From Choristocarpus tenellus KU-1152 (Eukaryota > Protista > Phaeophyceae): DNA of 32,703 nt. The notes below the pieces were generated by a model that saw only the letters and a list, made by a program, of their open reading frames with translations, did not search any database and was not told the DNA's origin. Made by a program: the position numbers and the translations under genes. The DNA is taken from positions 1-32,703 of the forward strand of contig CAXNAD020000069.1 of assembly GCA_964200185.2 (NCBI GenBank), in the 5' to 3' direction. Shown here one piece after another: positions 1 to 11,061 of the stretch (positions within the stretch are counted from its first letter, which is position 1; the number at the start of each line of letters is the position of its first letter).

Positions 1-354
1 AAAAACCTACCCCCCCTGTCCCCCCCGTCCCCACCATACAACACCCCCGATCCATCTTAGCAAAAAACAGGTTTCTTTACTCCATGCCACACCTACACAA
101 ATGCAATCTGTGATATATTTATGTATACTTACGATTCAAGAACTCGGCCTCTGATATTCATTTCATGTCATTTCTTGGGGGAGGAGGTGGAGGTGGAGGC
201 ATAGAAGGACCCGAGCTAGCCAAATACAACACACAGAACAATTGCAGTCCTCATCTATCATCTCCCACTTCCGAGAAAACCCCTAGACACTACCAAAAAA
301 GGTTGTTCTTCCCCACAGCTTCTCCATCCCTCTGAATCACAGGGTATGACGCAC

Positions 355-1699
355 CCCACCCTGCCCCTTGACATTTCGCAGCTTGAGGTCCTGGGTTCCC
401 TCCCCTTCATCGGCCTGAGCTGCTGTGAGTGTATAGACCTGTTCCTGTTCATCATCCAGCTCCACCTAAAAAAAAAAGGAAAGTATTGCCAACGCCATCA
501 CATGGTCACATCCTGGCACACCACACATGTACATCGATCGGTGCATATCCGTACTTCATTCAATACAGTAATGGTATACCATGGAAAACCGAAACGGGCA
601 CACGCCACACACACAAGCCACGCAAGACTGTATGAACGTGGTATTTTTGGATAGCACAGCACAGGGTGTGTTTGTCTGAAGGGGCGGGGAGGGACGGCGT
701 GGATCCCATGGGATAAAAAAATGGGGGAGGGGGGGGGCCCAGTATGTCTGCATACTTGCTTGGTATGTTAGTGTTTAGTGGGTTTCCCAACAACTGACAA
801 AAACAGAAAAGTGTGCAGGCGTTTTGTCTCTTGGGCTGTTGCAATGATAGATACGGACAGAATTGACAAATGAAGGTGACAAAAATTGAAGAAAATAAAC
901 ACCGAGCTTTCGAAATCTGATGTGAGTAAGATTCAATTGTCTTGCGACTTTCCTAGGCTGGATTCATCCCACTCTTGCAGTGCACTGCAGGAAGGTAAGA
1001 AATAACATCGACCTAGTTTGAGATCTTGTGCAAACAAGGTAACCGTAACCTTTTCCAGTACAATGAATTCACACCTCAGACCACAAAGAGCTTCTGATGT
1101 TCAATGCACATGAGAAGATGGGGAAAAAAATGGCGAGAGCAGAATAATGGGGGGTCAAGTCAAGCTTTTCTAGACTACACCGTGCACTCGAAGATACATG
1201 CCACAATCCGGTTACTTTTGATTGATTTAAAGAAGATGCTGGCTTCACTAAAGTGTGCAATTATTCCAACAAACTGCAAGGGGGTGAAGGGATCGGGGGG
1301 ATTATGAGGGAGGACCCTAGCCGGATGCAAGTAAGCGTTTTATCAAAACCTTCAACTGATGTTAACCACGGGATGACCTCTTTCACTTTGCGATTCTGTG
1401 TGCCACCCCACCTACAGTGCAAATCAAAGCTATGGCATTCAAGACGTGCGTATGCTACATTGCATGTGACAATCAACCTTACCCCCGTAAACCATCAGCT
1501 TACCTCCCACAAAAAGAAAGCTCACGACATGTGGAGAGATATATTTGTATCGGTGGCAAACACATAGCTAAGCTCAGTCACCAAATGAGACAATCACCTT
1601 GATCTTCCTCTTGTCACCCGATTCTTCGCGAGATATGATTCTACCACGGTGCCAAAGTTCGTCTTGGCCTTTGGCCCACACCAATGCGTTGAACTCCAT
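355..1699 (-). CDS. Myosin heavy chain, first two coding exons (N-terminal SH3-like domain); gene continues off the left edge of the window
   Basis: Exon 1 is 1699-1598 (ATG...AAG|GTGATT): MEFNALVWAKGQDELWHRGRIISREESGDKRKIK. Exon 2 is 465-~355 (poly-T TAG acceptor; donor GTGCGT at 354, or an alternative GT at 359): VELDDEQEQVYTLTAAQADEGEGTQDLKLRNVKGQGG. The join is phase 0. The VW..W..G.I...V...D.KLRN pattern is typical of the SH3-like segment preceding the motor domain in stramenopile/plant-type myosins. The motor domain itself is not in the window. Confidence 0.7.
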
Positions 1700-2628
1700 T
1701 ATTGTAAAATGCTTTCCTGTCCCTCTTCACAACCTGCCCAACTCGCCTTGGCGAGCGCTTTAGGGATGTTAAACCTCACACAGGTTCCCAACTGCACACT
1801 AAATGGAGTTTGGGAGGGGTAAACAGAGTTTGAGAGAGGTGGATAACAAGCTATCAAGCATCACCCCAAACAGAAATCTTTTGCACGCAAGTCCCGATGC
1901 TGTGTGATCGCTAGAGAACAAAGGTGAACCTGGTAACCAGGAATGAGTGGTCATCGGTTCAGACTCTGCCCCAAGAAACTCGGGACAAACATTCAACTTG
2001 CAAGATGCAGACGTATAGACAGTATTGTTATTACGAGAGGGTTGTATGTCTGAAAATGGCAACGAGCACATCACAGAACCCCTCCCTCAAAAACGATGTA
2101 AATTGATCTCACTCCGTAGAGACGTGCACTCACCTTGACAAGAGGCCAGGGAGAAGATGGAAGTAATTCCGTTCACTTGGACCAAACTGGGAGTCGAGTT
2201 ACAATCCAAGTTGGGGGGGATCGGCTGTCCCCCCGCCCCTTGCACCCTATTGATCTCAAGCTCTGTAGGAGGTGAAGGTCTCACTTATTTTCTTGTGTAT
2301 ACGTCCCTTGTGAATTGCCTAGAGGGGAGTGCCGCAACGAACCTAGGACAGATTCCAAGAAAAGAAGTCCTGGCGCCAAATACTCCTCCCTCTTCTGTGA
2401 ACGTGTTCCAAAATTGAACACTACAGCAGGTTATGATAGTTCCTAGTGTTGTAGGTAATGTTGTGTCGGTTTGAGGTCTGAACGGAAAAAAGAAAATCTT
2501 CATGGGTTTCTATAACCTGCAATGGCCTTCAACTTGTTGACCAACCATTATTCGTTTTCCTTCATCCCTTCATCTGTTCAAAGTTTTGAGTTTGTCTCAA
2601 GACGACACGACTAACAACACACTTGACC

Positions 2629-5600
2629 ATGTCGACGAGACGAAAACAAGTTAGGGGGAAAGATTTGGTGTCTCGCCTACAAGAAAGAGTGAATGAGGGT
2701 AACTACTACGAGGCACTCCAGCTCTATAAGACATCATTCGCACGATTCAAGGCACAGGGAAAGCTTGACGAAGCCGAGGAACTTCTTGTCTCCGGCGCCG
2801 TAGCCATGGGAAACGAGAATGAGGTGATGAATTGAGAATTTTAATACATTTTTATACTGGATCATCCCTATTTGTGTATCTTGAGGCCATTGCTGTACCA
2901 CTATTGGGATTATAGGTAAGAAAACAGGCACCTTTTATAAGCATTTTTGGTGAAGAAAAGTCACTCTCCGTCTTTTTCTATGGACACGGCGTTTATCATT
3001 TCCGCAGTATTCCACACTCCGTTCCCTTGAATGAAGGTTGCTTTATGGTGTACCAGTGTCAGCTCCTTCGAACCTTGGGCTATCATAAACAATTTTCATA
3101 ATACGCCATGTTCATGGCTATAATCTGCGTTGATCTTCAGAAAATTACTCCCAGTGGAGATTTAACCAGTGTGAAGACAAGCTTACGGGCTTACGTTGAA
3201 TTTCAAATCTCGATTGGTCCAACGCACGTAGACCCTGACATCTCAACTCAACCCCAACTCCTTCCGATTCAATGGTGGCTTCATCACAGCGAAACGCGGC
3301 GACTGAGCTAGGCCTGCTGTTGATCTCCAGTTATGAGGACAATGGAAGATTGATCGATGAAGTTCGAACTTCGCAGTTGCAGCGGGTATCGGAAGCCATG
3401 ACGCCAGGATCAGAGATGTCTGAATTCCTCAAGCATGCTATCAAGTAAGAATCAACAGAGGAGACCTGGCCTATAACTTGTCTACTTGAACTCTACTGGA
3501 AACTCTACTGGAAACTCTGCACAGTGCATTCTTCTCCGGCTTTTCATACCCGGCAGAACAATTATAGGATCCACCCAACCCCTCATTTCAATTATGGGCG
3601 TTCTATTCGGAAAAAAACTGTTTCAGTTTCTATTACTCTCTCAAGAGGTACAATTTGAGGTTGATCCGAAGCCCTTTTTGGTGCATTAGATGTATATCCT
3701 TCTGCTTCACTTGTTTGGGGTTGCATTATGCGCACTGCATCGTCTCAACTCCACCCTCCACCCTCCACCCTCCCCCTACTACATAATTCTGCTGTGCCTT
3801 CTGGATGGGTCAGGTGGACAGGCCCTTCAAGGTCCGAAGGAGCTTTGTATCTTCGATTAACCCTTGCACGTGCTTATGTGACGTTGGGGAACCTTGGGGA
3901 GGCTTCCAGGTGGGAAGAAGTACTAGTTGGGTGCAGGGGAGGTTGATGGGAGAAGGTGAGAGGGAGGGGATAGTTATTGAGAGATAAGAAAGGGTGATGA
4001 TGATAGACTTTTCCGATGTTCACGTTTGCTAAAATTTATATATCCTTGTGGTTTCACTATAAGAGACCAATATGGCATTCTTAAGTGCCTTAATAACAGA
4101 ATTGTTTCAATTTCTTGTTAAGAATCTCTCAGCATATTGGACACTGCTTGGTATGACTTCCTCATCACGCCCAGTTGCCCAAGTTGCCTTCCTTTTCTCT
4201 ATTGACTTTTGTGATCTTAACCCTCAGGTACTATGCTGTATCTGGTGCACCAAGAGAACATTCATCTGTTCTGCTGAGGTGGTCCAAGATGGGTTACAAA
4301 GGGGAAAGAGACTTATTCCTCTGCAGGGCTGTACTTTGCACACTCTCTTTCAACAGGCGAGAAACACATGCCAAGGGGGTGTGATGTTTTTGGTGGCAAA
4401 GGGGCTGGGAGACTGGAGTCATTCTCGGAATTCTACCAGAAATAGATCGACTTGACTTTGTGAGGATGCACTTGAGTGGGTTGGGTGAGGCTGGGAAGCA
4501 TGCTTGTATTTGGTTTGCATATTGGTTTCACATAGCACATAGCCGATACTGATGGTACTGATCTTTTGCATGTACTCTGTCCTAATACAAAATATAAAAT
4601 GATCCACTTCATTACCTCCTGCATATACTCATCTCTTCTATTCTGCTTGTGAGTGAATTTAATACTCTGGGAAATGTGGTAGTTCATCGCCTCTTCCTTC
4701 GACCCTCTTCCCACCTGAGGACCCAACAAGATTTTTTGAAGTATTTTTGTTCTGATTCATTTGACAAACTATTCAAGAAATTATTCTGACATGTATGCGA
4801 TTTTGGTAATGTGGGGAGACAAGGGTAAGAAATACAACAGAAGGTCTTTTATGTATCAAGTACAATGGTGTGTCTTGGAGAATATTAAATTTCATGTAAG
4901 TTCAAATAACGTACACCACGTGCTAATTGTTGAGGTATTCGCTCCCCCATGCCCATGCCCCCACCCCTTGTCCCTTGTTGCCTTTCACTCACCTCTTTGT
5001 ATGCTGTAGGACAAGTGATGCCGCAGAATTGTGGGCGGCGTCTGCTACTGCCACCTCCGATATTAGTGGAAGCCCTGAGGAAGATGGAAACGCTTGGCTT
5101 GACACTCCCCTCTGTCGCTTTACTAGGTTTGTTTCTATGGTGAAGTTGTGTCATATACTTGCTAAGGCACAGGCAGCATGTTAAGAGCCTCCAGTTTTCA
5201 CCTTTAACTTTGTGTAACCACTATTCAAGACTATTTTCTTGAGGTGATCATAGGATAACATGCTGTGTAGGTGTCCGTTAGAAAGGGCAGCTGTTTCACA
5301 AAGGGGTTAGTTAATATTGACAGAAGAGGGTCAACTATGTGGGGGCCTTGAGGGGGGTGAGGTGGGGAAGAGATGGGAAGTCAGGCCTGGAAGCTTGTTA
5401 CAGATTAAGCGCTTTCTGTCTCAGTTGTTGAAGATACATTATTACATAGTAGAATATGATGGATAAAACATCATAGTGAGAAGAAATACCTATGAAGTAT
5501 GCAGCCTCACCTGAGTGCCCATCATGATTAAGAGATTCTTCCTGATTGATCCTTTTTTTTGTCACAGCAGCTTATTTTTTCACCAGCACTCTCGAGTTGG

Positions 5601-8153
5601 CATACAAGCGTTTCCATATCGTATCATCCCCATAGGTTGGAGAGATACCTAACAAGTCTGTCACCAGGACCACATCCCCACAAGTTCCCACTACACATTA
5701 TTAGGTTTCTACCCATCCTAACTACTATTGTGATGAATTGTTGAGGTGTCAAGCTTACTTCTCACTTCCCCCCACCCACCCCCAAACTCCTTTGTAAGGA
5801 CAATCTATGAAAACTAAAAAAGAGTGTGCACCAGTTGAGTAGCTTTTGTGGCATATTAAACCACTAGGATCCCCTTTCTTCATGTCGGCATCAGCTTGGA
5901 TCCCCCTCCTCCTGTTTAAGCATTTTTTACCCTGTGGCACGATGTGGGACAGGTTTGTGATTGAGTTAGCGGAGGCAAAAGACGGAGCAAAGTTGGCGAC
6001 CCCGGAGATTGCTAATACCTTCCTGTCTATCAAAGACAAGTACAAGCCTTCTCTCAACAGAGATCCCCACCTTGAGCAGGTGAGAATTTTTTTTAAAGTT
6101 GATACAAGAGGGTCAAAGTATCTTGGGGGGGGTGTCGGCGTCCGTTTTTCACCCTTTTTTCGATTTTCACTTTTTTTGTGTGATTTTGTCACACGTGTCG
6201 GATTTTAAATTTCAGCAAAAAAAAGGTTGTTTGGCGGAAACGGACGCCCCCTCACGAACAACCCCCCCCCCCAAGATACTTTGACCCAAGAAACAATACC
6301 CAAAAGGGTGGGAAGGAACCACATCTGCCTGTCTTGGTCTTGAGTCTGGATAGTGTTAATTGGATGGAGGCTTCAAGGTTGGGATATGATACTCCATTTG
6401 GAGTCTGGCGAGTCACTGACATACATGAAGTAGCTGGAAAAGTAAAGAGCAGAGGTCATAATCCGGAAAGGTAATGTTTACATTGGAATCGTGTATTTGA
6501 AAGAATGGACCGTGTGTGATATTAGGCCATTAGGATGCATTCATATCCTCCAGTATCCTTTTGCTCTACCTCCCAATACTGGCACAACTCCTTGAAGAAA
6601 GATTCATCGTGGTACATAATCTACTGGTGAATTGCACAAGGAGAATAGGTGGTGAAGAAAATCAGTCATTTTTTTTCTCCACCCCTTCTCATTCACTTTA
6701 TGACATACCATCAGAGTGTTTTTTATTTTACTTAATGAGCATGTGCTCGTAAACAACATGTATGCCATGAACAGGGTCTGGATGTTCTGACTTGGTCAGA
6801 GATATTGTTAAATTCGAGTTACATGCTGCGGTATTTGTTTTGGTTGTAGAAATATGGTCCACAGGATTTGAGCTGGATCAGGAAATTATAGTATTTATTG
6901 CAGTGCATCTCTTTTGTGTGGATACCACTCTCTGGGTCACATTTGACGGCTGTACCAGTGTGTCCTTGAAGTCAAAATGGGATCAGGGTCAAGATGTGAA
7001 GGGATACACAAGAATCTACGCTATTGCTTTGCGTAACACCCAGAAGGTTCTGTCATAAAAAAATGGCAAATTTTATGACATTGTACTCCAAAAACTGCCA
7101 CTCAACCTTTTGTAGTACAATAATTTAAAATTAGCAGTGTTCTTGTGTGGCGTGCAGTCATCATATCGTCCTTATGCCGTGTAAGAGAAGCTACAAAAGG
7201 CACACAAATGTAGAGTGTGGTGTGTCTCTGTGCGCATAACTTAAGAAGATAAGTTGAGGGGGGGTGGTAAGTTTGGGTCCCTTCCTACATATTATACTCA
7301 GCGTGGTGTGTTGAAGCTGCATGCTTGGCTAAGCTTTACTATGAGAGGTGCTGGATTTGAATGAACCCTCTGTTTTCGTGCTGGATTTGTTCAGTTGGGC
7401 TTTATGTATTACGAATAGATGTTTCTTGACAATTTTGTTGGTACGCTTAGCAGTATATAGCGTCTTTGCAATGCGATGTGCCTACTTAGTACTTTGCGAA
7501 ACACCTTCTAAGTTGTACTCATAGATGTTTTTGATTCATAATACTATACATACATATTTTTCATTTCCAAGTTCAGGTGCGATTCTCTGTTTGAGGCACT
7601 AGTCCTTGCAACAGGTGAGAACACCAGCAGCACTACAAAGAATGAGCAAGAGCTTCTTTTCGGGGCCGGTGGGGTCTGTTTTAGTCTTGAATGACCTGGC
7701 AAGATCTCATCTCCCTCCCTATGTGTTCGTGATGGTTTGTTATTATTGGAGTAATGTTTACAGTGTAAGTCTTTCCTTTTACTGTCAAAAATAAGATGAA
7801 ATACGCTCCTCCCATTTTTAATCTCCAGATTGTTGGAGATGATTAATGAACCACGCAGTAGGCACACCATGTAGTGGAAAAACTATTCTTGTAACATTGT
7901 GACATAAAATCCACTGGAAAAGAAGAATTCCGAGCTATCATTAATAGTAATGGATAGAGCAATGAGCCGCCACTTACACCTTCTCACCACTATTAAACCC
8001 CACCCTACCCCTTGCATTCTTTACTATTGTTCTGGTTTGCCTTGCCCTCCTCCCCCACAGCTTGTGACCAGAGTAGGAGAAGTGCAGTTTGGCATTAAGC
8101 CACCTCAAGCTGGTGGTCTAATGGGCATGCTAGGGAATCTCATGATGGGTTGA
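2629..8153 (+). CDS. GET4: Golgi to ER traffic protein 4 homolog (GET4/TRC35), 7 exons, ~303 aa
   Basis: Exons are 2629-2823, 3290-3444, 3814-3909, 4228-4356, 5010-5126, 5953-6079 and 8061-8153. Phases are consistent and the total is 912 nt. Motifs include EGNYYEALQLYKT, AATELGLLLI, FLKHAIKW, GYKGERDLFLCRAVL, DTPLCRF, KYKPSLNRDP and GEVQFGIKPPQAGGLMGMLGNLM, all characteristic of GET4. Intron 4 is best modelled with a GC donor. Confidence 0.93.
6110..6287. mobile_element. MITE (178 bp) in GET4 intron 6
   Basis: Perfect 23-bp terminal inverted repeat GGGTCAAAGTATCTTGGGGGGGG / CCCCCCCCAAGATACTTTGACCC. Internal inverted repeat GGCGTCCGTTT / AAACGGACGCC. A 4-bp direct repeat AAGA flanks both ends (6106-6109 and 6288-6291). 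Confidence 0.88.
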
Positions 8154-8810
8154 TCACAGTATGGAAGGGAATAGGTAGACCTGAAATGATGACCTTGCCT
8201 CTTTGGTGGTAATACAATGACATGCTCTGTCCTTGTTGCCTGAAGTACAGAAAAGTGTACTTGAGGACAGGAACTACTGCTTCTACTTCTAGTAATAGTA
8301 CCAAAAATATTGTGATCAACAACTGCCAGCTTGAAAGTATTAAGTAGATGTAGAGATAGGGGATATTGCTAGGGGAAGGAGTGCACACAGTATGGTCTTC
8401 ATGTGGTATGTAGGCTACATTGTTTTTTGCCAATTTTTTGTTGCAATGCTTGCCCCCCTCAATCATAACAATGTTTCTTCTTATACTCTCTATGGCATTG
8501 ATCTAACTGAAGGTTTGTGTTTGGCACATTTGTACTACCCCTCTCCCACTTGCACAGATATATTGCGCGTACCTGGTACATATGTTTGTGTTTGTTTTGT
8601 GGTTACTCTTGTTACTGTAATATTTTTTGGCTCAGATCATGGGGTCATGTTGTACCTTCAGTAAACACTAGGGGTAAGAAAAATAGCAGAAAGACTCTCC
8701 CCCCACCAAGCCAACATTATTCAAAACATGAACGAAGTGTCAGGTTAAGGGTTATGCCGACATTGGTAAGCGGAAGGGAATATGCATAGAGAGTAAGGAC
8801 AACCATTTCC

Positions 8811-9006
8811 GAGTCAAAGTAGACGATAAGTACCCAGAGTTGCATTTTAAGGATGCTGCCAAATATGTACAACGTTCGTCGTTTTTTACAAATGTGTGTA
8901 AGAAAATTTTCAAACAATAGAAAAGTGGGTGAATTGCGAAAGATTGACAAGCAGAATTCAATTGCAAATTGGCCAAAACCTGAGTGCCTCTTGTTTATGT
9001 TGACTC
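8811..9006. mobile_element. Decayed MITE (~196 bp), same family as 13749-14006
   Basis: Imperfect TIRs: GAGTCAAAGTAGACGATAAGTACCCAG versus the reverse complement of the right end GAGTCAACATAAACAAGAGGCACTCAG. The body aligns in inverted orientation with 13749-14006, e.g. revcomp CAGCATCCTTAAAATGCAACTCTGGGTACTTATCGTCTACTTTGACTC versus CAGCCATCCATAAAATGCCACTATGAGTACCTCTCGTTTACTATGACTC. No TSD is recognisable. Confidence 0.7.
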
Positions 9007-9768
9007 GTCTCACCATTACACAGAACATAATTGCTACACAGTGTGTTGAACTGGGTGGCATTATCATAGTCCTGTGTGTTACAATTGAAGCTCAATTTAC
9101 TACGCTAGAATCAGATATTTGAAATGCAATGTGTTGCTCCTATTAGTGTAGTGGAAGCTGTTGTTGGGCCAGATCATGCCTTAAACTTTATTTACATGTG
9201 GACAAGAAAAACAAAAGGGAACTGTGTACAGCATAAGTTGCGTTCGGTGAAGTCATTTTTAAAATCTTTATTGGATGTAGTGTGAGGAAGGACAGTGAGC
9301 CCTGTGTAGGGTTGAGGCATTGTGGAGTTGCAGGGGGATTTGAACTATGACATGAAAAGTGCTGCAGCTTATCAAATCTCATTTATGAGTCACTCAATAC
9401 AAATGTAGATAAGGATAATTCAATGCACTGACATACATGCAAAATGTCAGTGGGCATATAATATAATGGTGCTTAAAATCATAGCAATGACAAATACAGT
9501 AATAGTTGAAAAGTAGTATTTGCCTATATGTCTCGAAGTGCATTCCAGACTCTTAGCAATGGAGAGTAAAAATGTCAACCTGGTGTGTGCAACACTTGAA
9601 AATTTTCACAGTAACACTAATTAGCAATCTGTTGTATATATATACATGTATTTATGTGTTGCTCCTGACCATCTAAAAACTAATATCCTACTAAAGTACA
9701 AGTAAAATGTTGAAGAGAGATGGTGTTCACTTGTATGCATGTGTTACATGGTTGGGCGAAGATTGGTA

Positions 9769-11061
9769 CTACTTCAATTGGTACGTCCTATGCCACTCTA
9801 TTGAAGCTTCCTGTATTGCTCTAGTTGATTTTTCCATGGAAGAGCGACTCTGCTCCAGTTCCCCTCTCAAAGCAGCAATCTCAGAACCAGTCTCAAACCT
9901 CTGCACAAGTTCATCTGTGGCAGAGGCTCGCCTCCTCTCCTCTCGATTGTGCCTGTCCAAGAAGCATATACCTTCCTGTTTTTGGCCATGCCCCCTTGTT
10001 GGAATAAGAAAGTCACTGACTATCGCCTTGGAGTGACCTTCATGTGAGTTGCTGGATAATGACCTAGACCCCTGGACTTGGCCTTTTACTCTTCCTCTAC
10101 TCCTTGATGATGCCGAGGGGTACCACTCAACACTACCAGTGCCAATTTGGTTTGTTTTCTTCCTTGAAAGCCCCTGCTGCTGTTCTTTTTTCTTCTTTTG
10201 TGGCTGTCCTTGTGGGGTAGTTTTAGGTGGTACTGGCGACGAAAAATCGACACCATTCAACCAGTTCTCTCTGCTCCTTGCACTACTGGGTGCATTAGAT
10301 ACCACTTTGTTTGCTGCTACATCCCTGGATGATGCCAGCCCCGGTGTGATACCCCCTGTCTGTCCTTCAGCCTGGCCTACTCGAAATGCGTACACAAAAG
10401 CCTCCTTTAAGAGGGCGGCATCAGCCCCCGTCTGACACCTAGTGTTGCGACCCCAGTCAGCTACTACAGCGCCAATCTTCTCTTGCTCGGATACATCAGC
10501 AGAACACCCTCTTCTTCGCATGTCACCCTCTACCCTAGAGTATCTTGGTTTATTCTCCTGGTGAACTCGACGGCGTCCTACTCCTACAGCTCCCAGAAAG
10601 GGCAGGGTACTCGAGTCAAGCATATCGCCCCCTCGTCCAAGCACAGCTTGAGTCGACGAGAAGCTCTCAAGGTCAGGTGGAGGTCTGGCTAAGAGGTTAT
10701 CCACCCCCTCATAGATTGCCCTTTCACTCTCGTCTTCGCTCCTCCCAGAAACCCCCAACCCACACGATTCCAAGGCTGGCAAGAGGGTTCCAGCAATGGG
10801 GGATCGGCATCGTGACGAAACACTAACCCCGCCAGTACCCTCAGCGTTCCCTTCTTCTTGTTCTGAAGGTCTCTCCCCTCTTCCTTCGCAACGATTTTTT
10901 GTCATGCGGACAGGGTAATCAGGGTCCATCACAATCAGCTGGCGTTTGGGTCGGACGGAGGCCTTTTTTGTGGGAGGGCAAGTCAAGCGGGACCCGTTAA
11001 AGAAGAAAGGTGGTGCCATCACATCATCAATCCCATGCAGCGCATCTATTACGACCCCCAT
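9769..11061 (-). CDS. Hypothetical protein, intronless, 430 aa, largely low-complexity with a C-terminal predicted helix/coiled coil
   Basis: This is the longest ORF in the window (1293 nt), GC-richer than its flanks, with an ATG start. The C-terminus is REERRRASATDELVQRFETGSEIAALRGELEQSRSSMEKSTRAIQEASIEW. No family was recognised. Confidence 0.6.
   Translation of the reverse strand: MGVVIDALHGIDDVMAPPFFFNGSRLTCPPTKKASVRPKRQLIVMDPDYPVRMTKNRCEGRGERPSEQEEGNAEGTGGVSVSSRCRSPIAGTLLPALESCGLGVSGRSEDESERAIYEGVDNLLARPPPDLESFSSTQAVLGRGGDMLDSSTLPFLGAVGVGRRRVHQENKPRYSRVEGDMRRRGCSADVSEQEKIGAVVADWGRNTRCQTGADAALLKEAFVYAFRVGQAEGQTGGITPGLASSRDVAANKVVSNAPSSARSRENWLNGVDFSSPVPPKTTPQGQPQKKKKEQQQGLSRKKTNQIGTGSVEWYPSASSRSRGRVKGQVQGSRSLSSNSHEGHSKAIVSDFLIPTRGHGQKQEGICFLDRHNREERRRASATDELVQRFETGSEIAALRGELEQSRSSMEKSTRAIQEASIEWHRTYQLK

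Noticed and set aside
6480-6660. Minus-strand IMYHDESFF peptide resembling the first Asp motif of a Tc1/IS630-like transposase
   Set aside because: It is a single short motif with stops nearby and no further DDE motifs.
10049-10826. Plus-strand ORFs overlapping the 430-aa ORF
   Set aside because: These are antisense shadows of a GC-rich coding region with no independent features.
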